Assembly (NCBI GenBank): GCA_964016885.1
Contig: OZ024740.1
Location: 435,550,001-435,614,000 of the forward strand
Direction: 5' to 3'
Length of the DNA stretch: 64,000 nt
Source of the DNA: Eledone cirrhosa
Taxonomy: Eukaryota
Positions within the stretch are counted from its first letter, which is position 1. Every line of letters begins with the position of its first letter. Below, piece after piece: positions 58,301 to 64,000 of the stretch. The position numbers were made by a program, and so were the translations under genes. The notes under the pieces were generated by a model, which did no database searches, had not been told where the DNA came from, and worked only from the letters and a program-made list of their open reading frames with translations.

Positions 58301-59482
58301 CTCTCGCTCTACAACTACCTCTCGCTCTACAACTACCTTTCACTCTACAACTACCTCTCACTCTACAACTACCTCTCACTCTACAACTACCTGTCACTCT
58401 ACAACTACCTCTCACTCTACAGCTACCTCTCACTCTACAACTACCTGTCCTTCTACAACTACCTGTCCTTCTACAACTACCTCTCACTCTACAACTACCT
58501 CTCACTCTACAACTACCTGTCACTCTACAACTACCTGTCACTGTACAACTACCTGTCACTCTACAACTCCGTCTCACTCTACAACTACCTCTCACTCTAC
58601 AACTACCTGTCCTTCTACAACTACCTGTCCCTCTACAACTACCTCTCACTCTACAACTACCTCTCACTCTACAGCTACCTCTCGCTCTACAACTACCTCT
58701 CACTCTACAACTACCTCTCACTCTACAGCTACCTCTCGCTCTACAACTACCTCTCACTCTACAACTACCTCTCGCTCTACAACTACCTCTCACTCTACAA
58801 CTACCTCTCACTCTACAACTACCTCTCACTCTACAACTACCTCTCACTCTACAACTACCTCACTCTACAACTACCTCTCGCTCTACAACTACCTCTCACT
58901 CTACAACTACCTCTCGCTCTACAGCTACCTCTCACTCTACAGCTACCTCTCACTCTACAGCTACCTCTCACTCTACAGCTACCTCTCACTCTACAACTAC
59001 CTCTCACTCTACAACTACCTCTCGCTCTACAACTACCTCTCACTCTATAGCTACCTCTCACTCTACAACTACCTCTCACTCTATAGCTACCTGTCACTCT
59101 ACAACTACCTCTCACTCTACAACTACCTCTCACTCTACAACTACCTCTCACTCTACAACTACCTCTCACTCTACAACTACCTCTCACTCTACAACTACCT
59201 CTCACTCTACAACTACCTCTCGCTCTACAACTCCCTCTCACTCTACAACTACCTCTCGCTCTACAACTACCTCTCGCTCTACAACTACCTCTCGCTCTAC
59301 AACTACCTCTCACTCTACAACTACCTCTCACTCTACAACTCCCTCTCACTCTACAGCTACCTCTCACTCTACAGCTACCTCTCACTCTACAGCTACCTCT
59401 CACTCTACAGCTACCTCTCACTCTACAACTACCTCTCGCTCTACAACTACCTCTTGCTCTACAGCTACCTCTTGCTCTACAA
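46325..59482. repeat. 13.1 kb satellite of an 18-bp unit CTCTACAACTACCTCTCA (~730 copies)
   Basis: Directly visible; variant units recur in higher-order blocks. Confidence 0.97.
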
Positions 59483-59550
59483 TCAATCACATACTTACAC
59501 ACACACACATATACTTACCTACACATACATACTTACCTCCACATACATAC

Positions 59551-60720
59551 ACAGCATGAAGAAAAAAACATCATTAGAATAGCGACTGATCTGGAGGAGA
59601 GATATGGAATAAAGCCTGGAATAAAGCCTGATATGGAATAAAGCCTGGAATAAAGAGATATGGAATAAAGCCTGGAATAAAGAGATATGGAATAAAGCCT
59701 GATATGGAATAAAGCCTGATATGGAATAAAGCCTGGAATAAAGCCTGATATGGAATAAAGCCTGGAATAAAGAGATATGGAATAAAGCCTGGAATAAAGC
59801 CTGATATAAATCTCTCACCCAGAGAAATCGGAAGATCCTATTCAATGTTCAAACAAGATGAAAAAATTGACCAATTTACAGAAAAGGTTGTGCATGGATA
59901 CTTGAGACGTAAAACACAGACCATAGAGGGATAAACCACTCAAAAAGCCTGGCATGGAGTTCCGACAAGTTTATGACATCACACCTTGATGGATATCTCT
60001 ATGCAATACAGGAACAAGAACTCCCTACCAAATATCTGCTGCACAAAAGGGGAGGGCCATCAGCTGACAATAAATGTAGGCTATGTAAAACAAAAATCGA
60101 GGATGTAAGCCACATTGTTGCCAGCTGCGAAAGAATGTCATCTCTCTACTACCTCCCCATGAGACACGATGGGATAGCTAGAACCATCTGGAACGCACTT
60201 CGGAAAACAAAATTAACAACAAACGAGGAAGAATATATTGAGACAGATGGCACTAAGGAATACTGGTGGAACCTGAAAATAAAAACTGGCACCAAATTAA
60301 AGCACAACCGGCCTGATATTGTTGTTTGGGACCACACATTGAAAACATGTTCTGTTGTGGAGATCAGCTGCCCACTTGATGTAAACGTTGTCAGAAAAAT
60401 ACAGGAGAAGGAGGACATCTACGGACCATTGATGAGGAGTTTACAAATCCAGTATCCAAGATACACCTTTAGTTTCATACCCATCATTATTGGAGCTACG
60501 GGTTATACACCAACCCGCTTGGACCAAAGTATGACTGAACTTGGATTTGCGGACAAAGAGCGCAGCTCCCTAATTCATGGACTACAAATGGCTGCGATAT
60601 CTGGCACCTTCAAAATTTGCAAAACATTCTTGCTATTCAGAGGATGACAATTTCTTTTCTTTTACAACCTTGCCACTAGGAAGGTGGCCGGTCAAAAATA
60701 TATTCGAAATTAAGAGAAAG
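59551..60720 (+). mobile_element. R4/Dong-like RLE LINE, 5'-truncated
   Basis: KVVHGY, AIQEQEL, CRLC..IEDVSHIVASC (CCHC), RHD, RPDIVV..VVEISCP; internal short-repeat expansion at 59600-59808. Confidence 0.87.
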
Positions 60721-60985
60721 AACACACATACACACATGCACACATACACACATGCACACACACATACAGACAGATACACACACAAGTTCTCACTGACTCA
60801 GAGGACTATAAAAAGATATTTGACTATATACATAGATAAATAGGTATGAATCAATTTCTGTGTGTATGTGTGTGTGTGCGTGTATAGGTATGTATGTGTG
60901 CGTGTGTATTAATTTTATACTTTATCCTTTTTTTATTTTCGTCCCCCCACCCCCATCTTTTACAACAGAAAATATTTTATTAATT

Positions 60986-61680
60986 TGCACTTTTTTTATA
61001 CAGCTGTCGTCTTTCATGCGCATCACGTGGACATACCAACGAGAGAAGACTACGTTGGTATGGTCACGTGATGCGCATGAAAGACGACAGCTGTATAAAA
61101 AAGTGCAGGGCAATCAAAATTGATGGTACTTACGGAGTAGGTAGACCCAGAAAAACCTGGGACGATCTGATAAATTCCGACCTTACACCTCTCTAAGACA
61201 ATGTCACTGGACCGAGATCTTTGGCGCTACGCAATAATACAGAAGACCCGCCTTGCATATGTACAAAGCGAAACCTACAGTCAGTAGGCACCTCTTAACC
61301 AAATATACACCCCAATGCACTACCCCCACCCTATCCTCCCACTCCCACCAACACCACCCTCTCTCTATAAAGTTGGTACCACAACATCCAGTCCAATTAA
61401 ATGAGATAAATGAGATCGAGATTGTCTAGGTGTCACGAGAAAAAAACACAGTCCATGCTGTAATGTGGTCGTGTAGATAACACGGTAAAAAGTTCCCAAT
61501 TCCACACTGTAAATGTGGTTGGTGTTAGGAAGGGCATCCAACCGTAGGAAACCTGCCAGATAGGCCTATATAAGCGAGACACGGTCACCCGACCAACCTG
61601 GCCTCAAGTGGGACAACTCACGTCTAACCCATGCTAGTGTGGAAAATGGACGTTAAACGAAGATGATGATGATGATGATG
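60986..61680 (+). mobile_element. RTE family A-related copy with a 5' fold-back palindrome
   Basis: [11 protein letters not shown]...GRPRKTW region, related 3' UTR, (GAT)n tail; 60986-61041 is an inverted copy of 61053-61107. Confidence 0.88.
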
Positions 61681-62344
61681 AAATGAATTATATTTTTTTT
61701 TGTCTCTGAAAATAAGAAGCTTTATCTTTAACTCAATATTATTAAGTACAGTTTCTTCAGAGAATATATTTGAAAGCTATCTATTTATCTATATACTACT
61801 AAAACTCTGATTGCTTGTCTGTAATGTAATACAGCCAAAACAGCGCATATTGGGAAAATACTTTGAAAGGAAGTTGACTCTGAAATGGGAGTACAAATGG
61901 AATAAAACAAGTCTCGCCTAAATCGGAGCACGGGTTCCCGAGATACAGGGTTTTTCTGGGTACCTTCATAAACAGAGAGAAAGACGGATAGAGAGAAAGA
62001 GAGAGAGTGGTTGTGACGGAGTAGATTGAGAGACTTAGAGAGAGGGAAAGGAGACAGAGAAGGAGGATGGAAGAGAGCTGGTGGTGGTGTTGTGTATATG
62101 TGTGTGTGTCTATGACCAGTGTATATAGATCAGACACCCTCATATAAATATATACACACACACATACATATATATATATGTATATACACACACACACGCA
62201 TTTATATATATACATACACACATGTATAAATATAGGCCTTCCAGTTTCATTTCACATTATATACATGTCTGTGTATATTTTAATTATTTAAGAATATTTT
62301 TAAGTGAACATGACCCAACGGTTCACAGGTGGTCTAGTGTTATC

Positions 62345-62562
62345 TAAAAGTCTGTCTCGAGCCCAGAGACTTTATATGGCAGAGAGTACAAGACTCCCCC
62401 TGGACAGGACACCAGTCGATCGCAGGGTTAAACCCCAGCTATTGTTGGTACTCATTTTCAGCTGAGTATACTGAGCAAAGTGAAGTGTTTTGCTTAAGAA
62501 CACAACACAACCCATGACTGATCATAACTCCAACACCATTACCACTAAGCCATGCACCTCCA
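62345..62562 (-). mobile_element. older SINE3: SINE1-like head/CORE with a different tail
   Basis: TGGAGGTGCATGGCTTAGTGG head; CTTAAGCAAAACACTT...CTCAGCTGAAAATGAG; tail CCTGCGATCGACTGGTGTCCTGTCCAGGG. Confidence 0.7.
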
Positions 62563-62912
62563 TATGTATATTATATAACAAGGTTATAAAGAGGCTGAGG
62601 AAGGTGGAAGTCCGTTTACATAACTGAGGAATAGATATGGCTAAAAGTCACAATTATCAGCTTATTTAAAAAAAAATTCTTGATTTGCTGTTTATGTAAA
62701 TTGGAAAGACGGGGGAGCCCTGTGAAGTGGGGTTACAACAGGTCATTCTCTGTGGTAATACCTTTGTTATTTTGTCTGTAGGGCATGGGTAAGGCACCAC
62801 CCAGACTGGGGTGTTGTCTCTCTTCACCTCTCTCTTTCTTTCATTGGTGATTCTTTTCTTTTCCTCTTTTTTGAAATAAAATATCTTTGTAAAATTAAAA
62901 TAGTAAACAAAT

Positions 62913-63290
62913 TCATCATCATCATCATTATCATCATCGTTTTTACGTCCACTTTGCTACACTTGCATGAGCAAGTGTAGCAAAGTGAACAGGTCCTTCT
63001 CAGCACAACATCTCTCCAGCTGTACGTCCACTTTGCCACACTTGCATGGGTTGGACAGGTCCTTCTCAGCACAACATCTCTCCAGCTGTACGTCCACTTT
63101 GCTACACTTGCATGGGTTGGACAGGTCCTTCTCAGCACAACATCTCTCCAGCTGTACGTCCACTTTGCTACACTTGCATGGGTTGGACAGGTCCTTCTCA
63201 GCACAACATCTCTCCAGCTGTACGTCCACTTTGCTACACTTGCATGGGTTGGATGGGTCGTTCTCGGTACGACATCTCTCCACTTGTCGC
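62913..63290 (-). repeat. 66-bp tandem multimer of an RTE 3' end (~5 units) with a (GAT)n tail
   Basis: Each unit ends AACCCATGCAAGTGTAGCAAAGTGGACGTA, like the RTE termini in this window. Confidence 0.85.
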
Positions 63291-63756
63291 AAATATTTTG
63301 GCCCTTAACTTCTTACACTCTCAGGGGTCTGAACCACATCTAGGTCATGGCTCCTAGGTTCCCTTCTGCTGACAGCCATTTGGATACTAGAGACTTGTGT
63401 ATTTAAACCATATGGAGATTTACAGGAGAAAACCTAGCTGGAACTCCTCTCCATTCTCTCAGATTTCAAACTTATTGTCTAAGGTATTTTTTGTTTTTGT
63501 TGGACTTTATTCTAACTTCTATCTGGTTGACCTTAAGTTAACCACTTATTAATGTTGCTGTTTAACATTAAGTCAACAGTAATTCGACCTACAAGAGGTT
63601 CCAGCTGTGACCATCCTGTCTTTTACTATATTTTTACTTTTATGTCAAATTGGTTACAAATTTCTAATAAACCTGTTTACTGGTAGTGTTAACAAGACAT
63701 TGTCTGACTCAGTGGAGGGGACTTTGTAAAGTACTGTTTGTTGGGGGTCTTCATTG

Positions 63757-64000
63757 TGTGGAGGTGTGGTGTAGTGGTAAGGGTGTTATGTGGAGGGGTG
63801 TGGTGTAGTGGTAAGGGTGTTATGTGGAGGGGTGTGGTGTAGTGGTAAGGGTGTTCTGTGGAGGGGTGTGGTGTAGTGGTAAGGGTGTTCTGTGGAGGGG
63901 TGTGGTCTAGTGGTAAGAGTGTTCTGTGGAGGTGTTCTGTGGAGGGGTGTGGTGTAGTGGTAAGGGTGTTATGTGGAGGGGTGTGGTGTAGTGGTAAGGG
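63757..64000 (+). repeat. 34-bp G-rich minisatellite running off the window end
   Basis: Unit GTGGAGGGGTGTGGTGTAGTGGTAAGGGTGTTMT. Confidence 0.92.

Noticed and set aside
47909-58847. 770-1584 aa (CRVRGS)n proteins
   Set aside because: The 18-bp unit has no stop in that frame, starts are non-ATG, frameshifts are tolerated and there is no unique coding flank

Overview
Repeat-saturated, AT-rich eukaryotic (animal) DNA. The SINE/LINE families look like those of octopus or another coleoid cephalopod (inference). I can confirm no host gene, and most listed ORFs are microsatellite artefacts. The window holds: four RTE-clade LINE families (about 11 copies, one near full length); two CR1-like LINEs; a Tx1/L1-clade LINE inserted in (GATA)n; two R4/Dong-like restriction-like-endonuclease (RLE) LINE fragments; a Penelope GIY-YIG remnant not in the ORF track; two Tc1/mariner relics; three tRNA-derived SINE types; many (TA)n tracts; several minisatellites; and a 13 kb 18-bp satellite with higher-order structure. 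The best candidate for an undescribed system is a family of small non-coding elements carrying a type I hammerhead ribozyme. One copy (7536-8117) is a 462-bp monomer present as about 1.26 units, which is the architecture of a retrozyme or circular RNA. A diverged relative (41235-41475) keeps the same helices through compensatory changes. Two more hammerhead motifs sit in Penelope-type termini.
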